Shown here one piece after another: positions 8,662 through 17,075 of a DNA stretch of 64,000 nucleotides; the stretch's first letter is position 1, and each line of letters opens with the position of its first letter. Where the stretch lies: positions 1 to 64,000 of IMG/VR virus record IMGVR_UViG_3300033984_000416. The stretch is one strand, 5' to 3'. Under the pieces are notes generated by a model. It had not been told where the DNA came from. It searched no databases and saw only the letters and a list, made by a program, of their open reading frames with translations. The translations under genes and the position numbers were made by a program. Source of the DNA: a virus.

Positions 8662-9273
8662 TTATATTAATTCTAATTTATGTTTAAATTCAACACAATC
8701 CCAAGCTGGTGTTAAATCAGTATAGTGTTTTTCAATATTACTTTTATAAATAACACCTTGATAACCGAATAACGAATCAATCTTTGTATTGTGTCCGATA
8801 GCTGTAATTGGTATGTAGAATTCATCACATAATTGTTTTACTAACTCTATCGTTGAATCGAACTGTTCTGTAGTGTACGGGGCCCAATAATTATAACCAC
8901 GCCATCTTTTTTCTACAATTTCATTTGATTTATTATAAATATCCCCAATCCAAGTAATAAATCTATTTTTTTCTTTATCTTTTAATAACCACCCGTCATT
9001 TTCTAACACTATAACAATTGTTTTTGTATCTAACTCTAATTGCCCAAAAAACCTAGACATATATTTAGGGTCGAAGTGTCTATAAACTAAACCAGCCGCA
9101 TCAATAGTGAATGCAGCTGTTTTTTTGTATTTTCCGTTATTTCTATTTTTCCACCCAATTACGTGACGCATATCATGGTTAAACGAATTTGCTATAACGA
9201 TTTGAGTTTTGATACATTCTACTTGAATATAGTTGTTTTCAGATAACCCGTATTTTGTTTCATCAATAATCAT
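8662..9273 (-). CDS. degenerate N-acetylmuramoyl-L-alanine amidase (Amidase_2-like)
   Basis: KTQIVI, AFTIDAAGLVYRHF, IVLENDG, YTTEQFDSTIELVKQLC follow the AmpD/T7-lysozyme layout, but the first Zn-binding His position reads IVIANS. Confidence 0.6.
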   Translation of the reverse strand: MIIDETKYGLSENNYIQVECIKTQIVIANSFNHDMRHVIGWKNRNNGKYKKTAAFTIDAAGLVYRHFDPKYMSRFFGQLELDTKTIVIVLENDGWLLKDKEKNRFITWIGDIYNKSNEIVEKRWRGYNYWAPYTTEQFDSTIELVKQLCDEFYIPITAIGHNTKIDSLFGYQGVIYKSNIEKHYTDLTPAWDCVEFKHKLELI

Positions 9274-10595
9274 TAATCACGTCTAAAATAAACTTTGTTG
9301 TTATCACCGTTTTTAACTAATTTGTTAGAACCGATTCTTTCTATAGTATTTGTTTTTGGCGATGGAACATCTACCGAAAAACCTCTACCTTCTTTTATTT
9401 CTTTTATGTCTTCTAAATTAACCGAACCTGTAGTCACAACTGGTTCTTTTCTAACTGTTGTCTTAACTGGTTTGATTTCTTCAACTGGTTCTTCAATATT
9501 TTCAAAAATAGGGTCATCACCTTCACGTGTTGAAATTCCTGGTGATTTAAACTGTGATAACATTTTTTTAGTAAAAACCTTAGCACCGTCAACTAGGTTA
9601 AATGTTGTTGTCTCTTCTTCTTTTACACCCTCATTTTCTTCTTTTACTCCCTCATTTACAGCATCACTTACAGCATCACTTACAGCATCACTCCCTAGTA
9701 CTTCTTCATATTCATATTCATCTTCGTGCTCATGTTTCAATTCTTCTAGAATATCTTCTAAAACTTCTTTGGTTGAGTCTTTCTTAGGTTCTAGTGGTGT
9801 ACTTTCACCAGCTAAATCAAAAGCTTTGTTAGTTGCTAATACTAGTGATATAGCTAACGGGTCAAATACAAATATAAGAAGAAGTATCAAATAATTAACA
9901 ACACTCGCCATTGGAATACCTGTAAGTTCTGCAATATATTTCAAAGGTCCAACTTCACCAGCAACATCACTACCAGATTTCATTTCTAATGCTTTTACAT
10001 TGTAACTACCAATAGAGTCAGCCAACACAGCGTTTTTAGCGTTTAAACCATCAATTTCTGTTGATAGTTTTTGAATTTCACCGTTAGCTGAAGATATATC
10101 TTTTCTCACGTTATTTCTATCTCTATTTGATTTAGAACCATCTATTCTACTTTCTTGTGAACTTCTAAGTCCACTTAATTGGTCGATACGTTTTGTTTTG
10201 GCTTCGATTAATTTTTCATTAGAAGCAACACCCTTTTCAAAAATACCCTTTTTACCATCTAACACACCCAACTCACCATCATGAATTTCAAGTTTGTTCG
10301 CTGTTTTTTGATAGGCATTTGATAGAAATCCATAAATACCAGCAGATGTAATTAACATAAGAATAACAACACTGGTCGTTAAATAAAACCTTAAAGATTT
10401 ACTTAATTTATCCCAATAAGTGTGTAAAGCAGTTGTAACTACTAATTTACCGACTTCCAACACTGAAGCCATCACAATAACAGCGGCACTAGCACCAGCA
10501 AATAGTTGGCTAAGTCCCCAGACTGAGAAATATGCGGCACATCCAGCTACTGAAAGTGCCATAATCAACATTATGTGTCTAAATTTTATTTTCAT
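9273..10595 (-). CDS. polytopic membrane protein with periplasmic coiled coil and acidic tail (start revised to MKIKFRH)
   Basis: Three N-terminal hydrophobic helices, a long heptad region, and a fourth helix YLILLLIFVFDPLAISLVLA. The longer track start overlaps the terminator and motif. Confidence 0.75.
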   Translation of the reverse strand: MKIKFRHIMLIMALSVAGCAAYFSVWGLSQLFAGASAAVIVMASVLEVGKLVVTTALHTYWDKLSKSLRFYLTTSVVILMLITSAGIYGFLSNAYQKTANKLEIHDGELGVLDGKKGIFEKGVASNEKLIEAKTKRIDQLSGLRSSQESRIDGSKSNRDRNNVRKDISSANGEIQKLSTEIDGLNAKNAVLADSIGSYNVKALEMKSGSDVAGEVGPLKYIAELTGIPMASVVNYLILLLIFVFDPLAISLVLATNKAFDLAGESTPLEPKKDSTKEVLEDILEELKHEHEDEYEYEEVLGSDAVSDAVSDAVNEGVKEENEGVKEEETTTFNLVDGAKVFTKKMLSQFKSPGISTREGDDPIFENIEEPVEEIKPVKTTVRKEPVVTTGSVNLEDIKEIKEGRGFSVDVPSPKTNTIERIGSNKLVKNGDNNKVYFRRD

Positions 10596-10598
10596 CTT

Positions 10599-10606
10599 TA
10601 TAAATA
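10599..10606 (-). promoter_or_regulatory. TATTTATA putative late promoter (possibly leaderless)
   Basis: GATATTTATAAAG-ATG, immediately after the sigma terminator. Confidence 0.6.
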
Positions 10607-10617
10607 TCTTAATATAC

Positions 10618-10638
10618 AAAAAAGGGGAAAACCCCTTT
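10618..10638 (-). terminator. intrinsic terminator of the sigma gene
   Basis: AAAGGGG-AAAA-CCCCTTT with a U-run on the minus strand. Confidence 0.85.
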
Positions 10639-10639
10639 C

Positions 10640-11470
10640 TTATTCGTTTAGTAAACTTTGTAATCCGTGTGCGTTATGTCTTAACTTTCGTATCGCTTTT
10701 TCTTTTATTTGTCTTATTCTTTCTTTTGTTAAAGAATACTTTTCTCCGATAGCTTCAAGTGTCATTGGCTCACAATCTGTGTTAACACCAAAATAACTTT
10801 CAATTATCATCTTTTCTCTTTCATCTAAAACGTCTAGTGTTTTATTTAACTCTACCTTAACTTTTTCATCAACCTCTATTTGGTCCATATCATAAGTTTC
10901 ACAAGGAATTAATTGAATCAACTCGTCACCTTCTTCGTTTATCATTTGATTTAATGAACTACATTTTGGATACGACAACATCGCCATTGTATTATTATCT
11001 TTATCGAATATCTCACCGTAAACTGGTTCTCTTTCGTTATCATTTTCAAACCTAGAAATTTCTTTGTTTAATTTTGAAATTTTATTGATAACATTTGCTG
11101 GTAGTCTTACAATTCTAGCATTGTCATTAAGACTTTGAATTATCGATTGTTTAATCCACCATACAGCATAAGAAATAAATCTAAAACCTCTTTTGTGGTC
11201 AAAACGACTCGCAGCTTTTATTAAACCGTAATTACCTTCACTAATTAAATCAGATAATGGTAATCCTTGTCCTTGGTATTCTTTGGCAATTGATACAACA
11301 AATTTAAGGTTAGCTTTAACCAATATTTCTGTCGCTTTTTCATCACCGTTTTTTATTCTTTTAGCTAAATCAACTTCTTCAATAGGAGTTAAGATAACTG
11401 ATTTTCTTACGTCTTTAAAGTATTTTGCGATGCTATCATCTGTATCAAAATTTACATATTTTTTGTTCAT
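10640..11470 (-). CDS. rpoD: RNA polymerase sigma70 factor, Bacteroidota primary-sigma-like (no region 1.1)
   Basis: ANLKFVVSIAKEY, DLISEGNYGLIKAASRFD, FISYAVWWIKQSI, IVRLP, and HTH TLEAIGEKYSLTKERIRQIKEKAIRKL. Confidence 0.95.
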   Translation of the reverse strand: MNKKYVNFDTDDSIAKYFKDVRKSVILTPIEEVDLAKRIKNGDEKATEILVKANLKFVVSIAKEYQGQGLPLSDLISEGNYGLIKAASRFDHKRGFRFISYAVWWIKQSIIQSLNDNARIVRLPANVINKISKLNKEISRFENDNEREPVYGEIFDKDNNTMAMLSYPKCSSLNQMINEEGDELIQLIPCETYDMDQIEVDEKVKVELNKTLDVLDEREKMIIESYFGVNTDCEPMTLEAIGEKYSLTKERIRQIKEKAIRKLRHNAHGLQSLLNE

Positions 11471-11513
11471 TAAATTGTTTCATTCTTTTCTTTTTTGTTA
11501 TGTTTAACATAGT

Positions 11514-11544
11514 TAAATATACGATAAAATCTTTAAAAGTCAAG
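11514..11544 (-). promoter_or_regulatory. host-type promoter variant CTTG-N19-TATATTTA
   Basis: Same geometry as the other -33/-7 promoters; last box base is A instead of G. Confidence 0.6.
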
Positions 11545-11563
11545 TGTTTTTAACACTTATTTT
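11535..11563. repeat. 29-bp element shared with the SSB promoter (27/29 identical), containing inverted repeat AAGTGTT-N3-AACACTT
   Basis: aaaagtcaagtgtttttaacacttatttt versus aaaagtcaagcttttttaacacttatttt at 57226-57254. Confidence 0.8.
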
Positions 11564-12075
11564 GCTAATAAAGGTAATATTTTTTTATCATATTCAGTAA
11601 GATTTTCAATACCATTTTCGATTAATTGGTTCATCATTTCTTCTCTTTCTGATTTTGTCATCTGTTCTATCTCAGCTTCACTTATTTCGTTTTCAACTAT
11701 CTCAGCATCGCTAACGGTAAAACCACTTTTTCCGTTTATAATCCCAGATGGCATTGTACTTAAAAATTCTAATGATTTTGATTCTAATTCTTCTTGGTTA
11801 ACATCCCTAAGAAACCCGAACAATCCTTCGTGTATATCTTTTTTTGTTATGTTGAAACCAGAATTATTTTCATTCAAATCAAACACTAAAAAACTTCGAT
11901 TGTTTACAGTGAACCATTCTGATATTTCACTAGGTTCAACAAAAGATGTAAATGTTGCAATTATGATACCTTTAGCATCTAGTACGTTTGGCTTACTATC
12001 ACTAATTTTTTCAATTTCTTGTACTACACCAAGAGTATCACCCATTATTACAACACAATAATTTCTAAATTTCAT
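11557..12075 (-). CDS. hypothetical protein
   Basis: 172-aa ORF with its own host-type promoter. Confidence 0.8.
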   Translation of the reverse strand: MKFRNYCVVIMGDTLGVVQEIEKISDSKPNVLDAKGIIIATFTSFVEPSEISEWFTVNNRSFLVFDLNENNSGFNITKKDIHEGLFGFLRDVNQEELESKSLEFLSTMPSGIINGKSGFTVSDAEIVENEISEAEIEQMTKSEREEMMNQLIENGIENLTEYDKKILPLLAK

Positions 12076-12096
12076 ATGTTATTTTTTTTATATACA

Positions 12097-12128
12097 CAAA
12101 GGTACTATTTTTAGTTGGTTTTTACAAC
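12097..12128 (-). promoter_or_regulatory. Bacteroidota sigma70 promoter GTTG-N20-TACCTTTG
   Basis: Matches the established TTTG-N19-21-TAnnTTTG consensus. Confidence 0.8.
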
Positions 12129-14488
12129 TATTTGATAGTAATCTTCGATAAATTGTTATTTTTAACGACAGTTATCACGTTATCACCCCAATCTTTAACC
12201 AAATCGTTGTGAGTAATGAAAAACACAATCTCATACATGTCCTTAATCTTATCAAAAAGCGTTTTAAGCTTCTCTACGTTATCTGGAGCTACTTTACCTA
12301 ATACTTCATCAAATGTGATAAAATTAGGCATAGGAAGCGTAGAAATCTTTCCTAACACACCTCTTAATGCAAGACTTGCTGCTGTCTTCTCAAAACCACT
12401 ACCAGACTTCAATGATTTGGATACATCATCTTTATTTAAAAGAAATTGTACGTCATTTTTATCGTCCATAGATATCTCAACTTCAAAATCAACCACATCT
12501 TCTAAAAGACGTTGTACTTCTGAATTAATAATTGGCAATACAGAACGCAATACCAGCTTGCTAATACCTTTTTTACCAACCAGTTCAATGTATGTTTTGA
12601 AAATTTTATCTACTTCTTCTTCTTTTTTGATTGTTTCAATCAATTTGTTTTTCGTAATTATCGCTACTCTATTTGTTTGAGTATCAGTTTGAACTCTTTC
12701 GATTCTAGTGATTGTTGTGTCTTTGGTATAATCGCAAACATCTAATTGTGTTTTTACTTGAATTACTTGGCTATCAATTTTTTTATTTAACTCAATAGCT
12801 TCTAAGTTCAAGTTATATTTCTTTAAGTCGTTTCTTTTACCAGTTACTAGATTTCTTAATGAACCGATTTCCACTTCAGCTCTATCTTTATCCAACTCTA
12901 ATTTGTTTTTAGTATCAATAACTTTTTTAGTTTTATCTAATTCGTCAATCTCAGTTTGAATTGTTTTAAGCTGCTCTTCTATTATAAATATCTCTTTTTT
13001 AAGTTTTTCTATCTCTAATTCGTGTTTTGCTATGTGTATTGTGTTATCAACATCATCTAATTTTCTATTACATGATTGACATATCCCACCAGCAACCAAG
13101 CCAGATACAACCAATTTAAGTCTAGATACTTCGGCACCTTTCAATGCTTTGTCTGTTGTTGCTTTGTTGAAAGCTCTTGTTTGCTCTAGGTGTCTATCTT
13201 CATCAAAATTAACAGTACCGATTAACTCAATTTGAGTCGTTAAACCATCAATTTTTTCTTTGATTTCTATTCCTTTATCCATCAATGTTTTAATGTCACT
13301 ATCTAACCTTGATGGGTTCAACTCAGAAATTGTTACATCAATCTTTTCTTTACTATTGATAAGAGAATCTCTTTCATCACCTAATTTTGTAATCTCAGCC
13401 TTTGTGGCTTCTAATTTAGTTTTAAGTTCTATTTCTAGTTCTTCACCCTGTGATACTTTTTCAACGTGTTCCTCGATTTCGTTAGCTAGTGTAATCACAT
13501 CAAAGTCGTTAGATTTTTTCTTTCTAGCAAATTCATTGTACATAGTTCTAACAGCTGCTTCTTTTAATTCCAATATTTCTAAACCGATAAGTCTAGTTAA
13601 AACCTTACCAGATTCTGTTGTTGTTAAACCAATAAGGTCATCTAAGTTCTTTTCAGTTGCTAATACAAGCATCTCAAAGTCTTTCTCACTACCAATTGTT
13701 TCTTTTAACTTTTTGGTTGTTTGTTTAGCATCTTCTTCATTTAATTCCTCTTCTTCACCATCTGGTAACAATCGGTAATAGTTAACCTTGTTTACTACGG
13801 TCCAACCACCACCTTTTTTAGCAGAACGTCTCATTTTTCTTTCAATGATAGTTTCTTCGTTTTCGATTTCAATCATACCACGTACAACCAATTCATTCAT
13901 ACCACTAAACGTGTTAAATATTTCTTCGTTCTTATCAGTCTTGGTAGTTGTACCGTGTAACAAGAATTTAATTGCATCAATAGTAAGTGTTGTTTTTCCA
14001 CCTTGGTTAGCTGGAATAGAGTTAACCACCGTTAAACCTTTTAGTTTACTAAATGGAACATAGTTATCTTCACCGAAAGATAGGAAGTTATTAATCATAA
14101 CCCATTTTATTCCCCAGCTTCTATGTTGTGCGTGAGTTAAGTCAACGTTCAATTCACCGTTAACCTTGTCATCTAACGCAACAATACGATTGAAATCAAC
14201 CGTTTTACCATCTCTAGTAATTAGTTCTTTCATAAGGGCTCTTTGGTAATTAACATCCATAATGTTTTCTATACCAGCACCTGTAATTTCAATAGCATCA
14301 CCTTTATCGTTAAACTTTACTGGTCTGTAAATAACGTTGATGTTGTTCTTGTTCACACCATACTTGCTGGCAAAATAATTTCTTATTTTTGTTTTTCCAT
14401 CTTTGCTGTAATTATGCGGTTGGTCATCCCAATATACTTTAATCTTTGCGTAAGGTGATATCAACCTACTGTCTGTACTATTCGCCAT
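12128..14488 (-). CDS. sbcC: SbcC/Rad50 (T4 gp46-like) ATPase with N-terminal extension
   Basis: INNFLSFG, Walker A NQGGKTT, coiled coil with CQSC hook, signature SGSGFEK, Walker B FITFDEVLG, H-loop FITH. Confidence 0.92.
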   Translation of the reverse strand: MANSTDSRLISPYAKIKVYWDDQPHNYSKDGKTKIRNYFASKYGVNKNNINVIYRPVKFNDKGDAIEITGAGIENIMDVNYQRALMKELITRDGKTVDFNRIVALDDKVNGELNVDLTHAQHRSWGIKWVMINNFLSFGEDNYVPFSKLKGLTVVNSIPANQGGKTTLTIDAIKFLLHGTTTKTDKNEEIFNTFSGMNELVVRGMIEIENEETIIERKMRRSAKKGGGWTVVNKVNYYRLLPDGEEEELNEEDAKQTTKKLKETIGSEKDFEMLVLATEKNLDDLIGLTTTESGKVLTRLIGLEILELKEAAVRTMYNEFARKKKSNDFDVITLANEIEEHVEKVSQGEELEIELKTKLEATKAEITKLGDERDSLINSKEKIDVTISELNPSRLDSDIKTLMDKGIEIKEKIDGLTTQIELIGTVNFDEDRHLEQTRAFNKATTDKALKGAEVSRLKLVVSGLVAGGICQSCNRKLDDVDNTIHIAKHELEIEKLKKEIFIIEEQLKTIQTEIDELDKTKKVIDTKNKLELDKDRAEVEIGSLRNLVTGKRNDLKKYNLNLEAIELNKKIDSQVIQVKTQLDVCDYTKDTTITRIERVQTDTQTNRVAIITKNKLIETIKKEEEVDKIFKTYIELVGKKGISKLVLRSVLPIINSEVQRLLEDVVDFEVEISMDDKNDVQFLLNKDDVSKSLKSGSGFEKTAASLALRGVLGKISTLPMPNFITFDEVLGKVAPDNVEKLKTLFDKIKDMYEIVFFITHNDLVKDWGDNVITVVKNNNLSKITIK

Positions 14489-14909
14489 AAAAATCTGTTT
14501 TATTTTTCTTTTTTTCTAATTCTAATTCTTTTTCAAGTTTCTTTACCTTATCCATCAATTCTAACATTTCTTTTGTCATGTTAGATTGGTCTATATCGTG
14601 GATTTCTTTAAGTTTTTGAAGTCTTTCGATTTCATCAGTTAATTTTTTAGTTTGTGAATCATCAGTGATATACACTTCTTTTTCGACTGGAACTTCAACA
14701 ATCTTTTCAACTGGAACTTCTACTATTTTTTCAACTATCTTTTCAACAATCTTTTCAACAATCTTTTCATTGGTTGTTGGTGTGGCACCAAATTTTTCCA
14801 TGGTGAAACCTTGTTTCAATAATTTAATAGTGAAACCATCAATATTGGTTACATTGTTCAAACGACAATAATCCCAAATTTCATCTTTAAGAGTTTTCGG
14901 AATCTCCAT
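14478..14909 (-). CDS. hypothetical protein with EKIVEVPV repeats and coiled coil
   Basis: KIVEKIVEKIVEKIVEVPVEKIVEVPVEKEVYI. Confidence 0.75.
   Translation of the reverse strand: MEIPKTLKDEIWDYCRLNNVTNIDGFTIKLLKQGFTMEKFGATPTTNEKIVEKIVEKIVEKIVEVPVEKIVEVPVEKEVYITDDSQTKKLTDEIERLQKLKEIHDIDQSNMTKEMLELMDKVKKLEKELELEKKKNKTDFYGE
14672..14769 (-). repeat. short tandem coding repeat (EKIV / EVPV units, 12-bp periodicity)
   Basis: ttttcaacaatc-type units visible in the DNA. Confidence 0.85.
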
Positions 14910-15120
14910 CTAGCAATATGTCTTTTACGTCTTTATCTGTTTGATGAAGAAATTGGATTTCACCGTTATTCTCATCTACATAGATTGTCATTATTGAATT
15001 GTTTGTCATTACAAACGTGTTACCATCAGAAGCTAAACCAAATTCTCCGTTAACCATCTCAAATTCATCCATTCCTTCTGGAATACTATTGATGAATACT
15101 TTTAATTCTTTTAGTGTCAT
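14887..15120 (-). CDS. small hypothetical protein
   Basis: 77-aa ORF, MTLKELKVFINSIPE; operon packing. Confidence 0.7.
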   Translation of the reverse strand: MTLKELKVFINSIPEGMDEFEMVNGEFGLASDGNTFVMTNNSIMTIYVDENNGEIQFLHQTDKDVKDILLDGDSENS

Positions 15121-15124
15121 AGTT

Positions 15125-15736
15125 TTATATGTTATTTCCTTTTATGTATTGATATCTTATTCCAGCAAAAGCCCATGATAATTGTCTTGGTCTTACTTTG
15201 TATGTTCGGTAAGCTTTAGCCATATCAGTTGCTGCTTGTCTATATGGAACTCTACCAGCACCAGTCCCTAAACCAGAACAAACTACTGTTCTAATTTTAT
15301 CGTCTGAAGTTTTGTTATGGTTTTCAACTGCCAATAACATAGCTCTCATGGCCATATAAACATTGTTCGTGTGAGCAATTAGTTCTGGAACAATCATTGT
15401 TGGGGTATGTGCAACATATCTAACTCTTTCAGCACCGTCTGGTGTCCCTCTTACGATTTCTGATGTTCCAACTGGTTGTTCACCAGCATATTTATCAATA
15501 ATCATAGTCTGTACTCTATCCATCATTTGCTGACCAAAGTACATTGTTATCGCTTCATCAATACCACCATCCATCAATCCGAAGGAATTTGCTGGGCTAT
15601 TGATACAATCAAAATCGATATGTTCGAATATACCATATCTTATCTCAACTTCTGGGAACTCAGCAAAAGCTAGTCTCCATTCTTCACATAATTCTTCTGT
15701 GAAATCACAAAGAATTAAATTAAATCTTTCTTCCAT
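15125..15736 (-). CDS. macrodomain (ADP-ribose binding/hydrolase) protein
   Basis: DCINSPANSFGLMDGGIDEAI, VAHTPTM and CSGLGTGAG are macrodomain loop motifs. Confidence 0.9.
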   Translation of the reverse strand: MEERFNLILCDFTEELCEEWRLAFAEFPEVEIRYGIFEHIDFDCINSPANSFGLMDGGIDEAITMYFGQQMMDRVQTMIIDKYAGEQPVGTSEIVRGTPDGAERVRYVAHTPTMIVPELIAHTNNVYMAMRAMLLAVENHNKTSDDKIRTVVCSGLGTGAGRVPYRQAATDMAKAYRTYKVRPRQLSWAFAGIRYQYIKGNNI

Positions 15737-16548
15737 TATAAATTTGTTATCTTTTCACTCCCAGTTTCAATATCAGCAATAGATTTAAGTCTAAACTGAT
15801 AATACGGAGATTTATTTTCAACGTCATGTTCGGTAAATGTTCTAGTTGGAACATCCCATAGTAAAAAACCATGACTAGTTACATTTTCACCAAAGTTTTG
15901 TTGTATCAATGATGATGGATAAGCTATTTGTATTCCTTTATGGTTGAATACCTGTCTTTTATGGATATCACCTAGCATTACTAGGTCACACCCTTCAAAT
16001 ATCTCTAATCCAGCACCGTGGTCAATTTCGTAACCAATATCTGTCTTAGCGTTAACCAAAGCAGCGTGATATAAACCGATATAAGTTTTATCATCACCGA
16101 ATTGTGCTCTAGCCGATTCAATGTCTGGTCTAGAATTTTCTTCAAAGATTGAATAAACACACCAAACAACATCACCATCTAAATAACACTTAGATTCTTT
16201 GAAATAGTTTATTTCTTTGTCTGGTAAGAACTGAACCATCGGTGTAATCGAATCCATACGGTCTTTGTTATTCTCTAAAAGGTCATGATTACCAGCAATA
16301 AGGATAACTGGGGCTATTTCTTCTAGCTTACGTAGAAACCAGGTTCCAAGCATCAGTTGCTCATTAGAAATCACAATCTTCTGGTGTACAAGGTCACCAG
16401 CAACTACGATTCTAATTTCTTCTCTCTTGTAATCAATCAATAATTCGGTTAAATCACTCATAAGTGTTTTAAAGACATCTTGATACTCATCATGAAGTCT
16501 AAATGTTCTGATATGAATATCAGCTAAGTGTACTATTTTTTTAATCAT
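15736..16548 (-). CDS. sbcD: SbcD/Mre11 (T4 gp47-like) metallophosphoesterase nuclease
   Basis: HLADIHI, VAGDLVH, IAGNHD, LYHA, MLGDIHK..Q, YPSSLIQQNFGE. Confidence 0.92.
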   Translation of the reverse strand: MIKKIVHLADIHIRTFRLHDEYQDVFKTLMSDLTELLIDYKREEIRIVVAGDLVHQKIVISNEQLMLGTWFLRKLEEIAPVILIAGNHDLLENNKDRMDSITPMVQFLPDKEINYFKESKCYLDGDVVWCVYSIFEENSRPDIESARAQFGDDKTYIGLYHAALVNAKTDIGYEIDHGAGLEIFEGCDLVMLGDIHKRQVFNHKGIQIAYPSSLIQQNFGENVTSHGFLLWDVPTRTFTEHDVENKSPYYQFRLKSIADIETGSEKITNL

Positions 16549-16867
16549 TATTATTTAATTTGAATGGTGAGCCTATTGAATCACCGTTGTCTTTATTTAA
16601 AACAGTTAATGAATATGCTTCAATAATTTTATTATTTTCTACCCTAAAAATAGATTGGTTTATATGCCACCCATCTTCCCATTCTCCAGATAATTCCCAA
16701 CTAAATGGGTTTAACATTGGCATGTTTTCTGGTAAATCAAATGGTGACCATGCCACACCTCTAGTATCAATTATTGTCGACACTTTTACTTCACCTACTT
16801 TTACGTTTACGTTTGGTATCATATTTATTAGTTTTTTTATTTTCTTTTTATTCTCCCTAAACACCAC
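16541..16867 (-). CDS. hypothetical protein (start may be 16822)
   Basis: Fills the gap in the operon; Trp-rich core. Confidence 0.6.
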   Translation of the reverse strand: MVFRENKKKIKKLINMIPNVNVKVGEVKVSTIIDTRGVAWSPFDLPENMPMLNPFSWELSGEWEDGWHINQSIFRVENNKIIEAYSLTVLNKDNGDSIGSPFKLNNND

Positions 16868-17070
16868 CTAAAAATTACTAAATTAGGGTTTTTAATTGTA
16901 GAAATATGTTCATTAAATTCTTCTAATGTTATTTCTGGGTTAAAAACTGAGTAATATTGATTATAAAAATAATCAAAATCAGTCTCACATTTATTCATTT
17001 CTTCAGTGTCAAAATTAAACGGAAATATATCGTTTTGATTCACATATTTGGTTATTTTTGTTTGTTCCAT
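16837..17070 (-). CDS. small hypothetical protein
   Basis: 77-aa ORF starting 5 bp after the nuclease stop. Confidence 0.6.
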   Translation of the reverse strand: MEQTKITKYVNQNDIFPFNFDTEEMNKCETDFDYFYNQYYSVFNPEITLEEFNEHISTIKNPNLVIFRWCLGRIKRK

Positions 17071-17075
17071 ATTTA

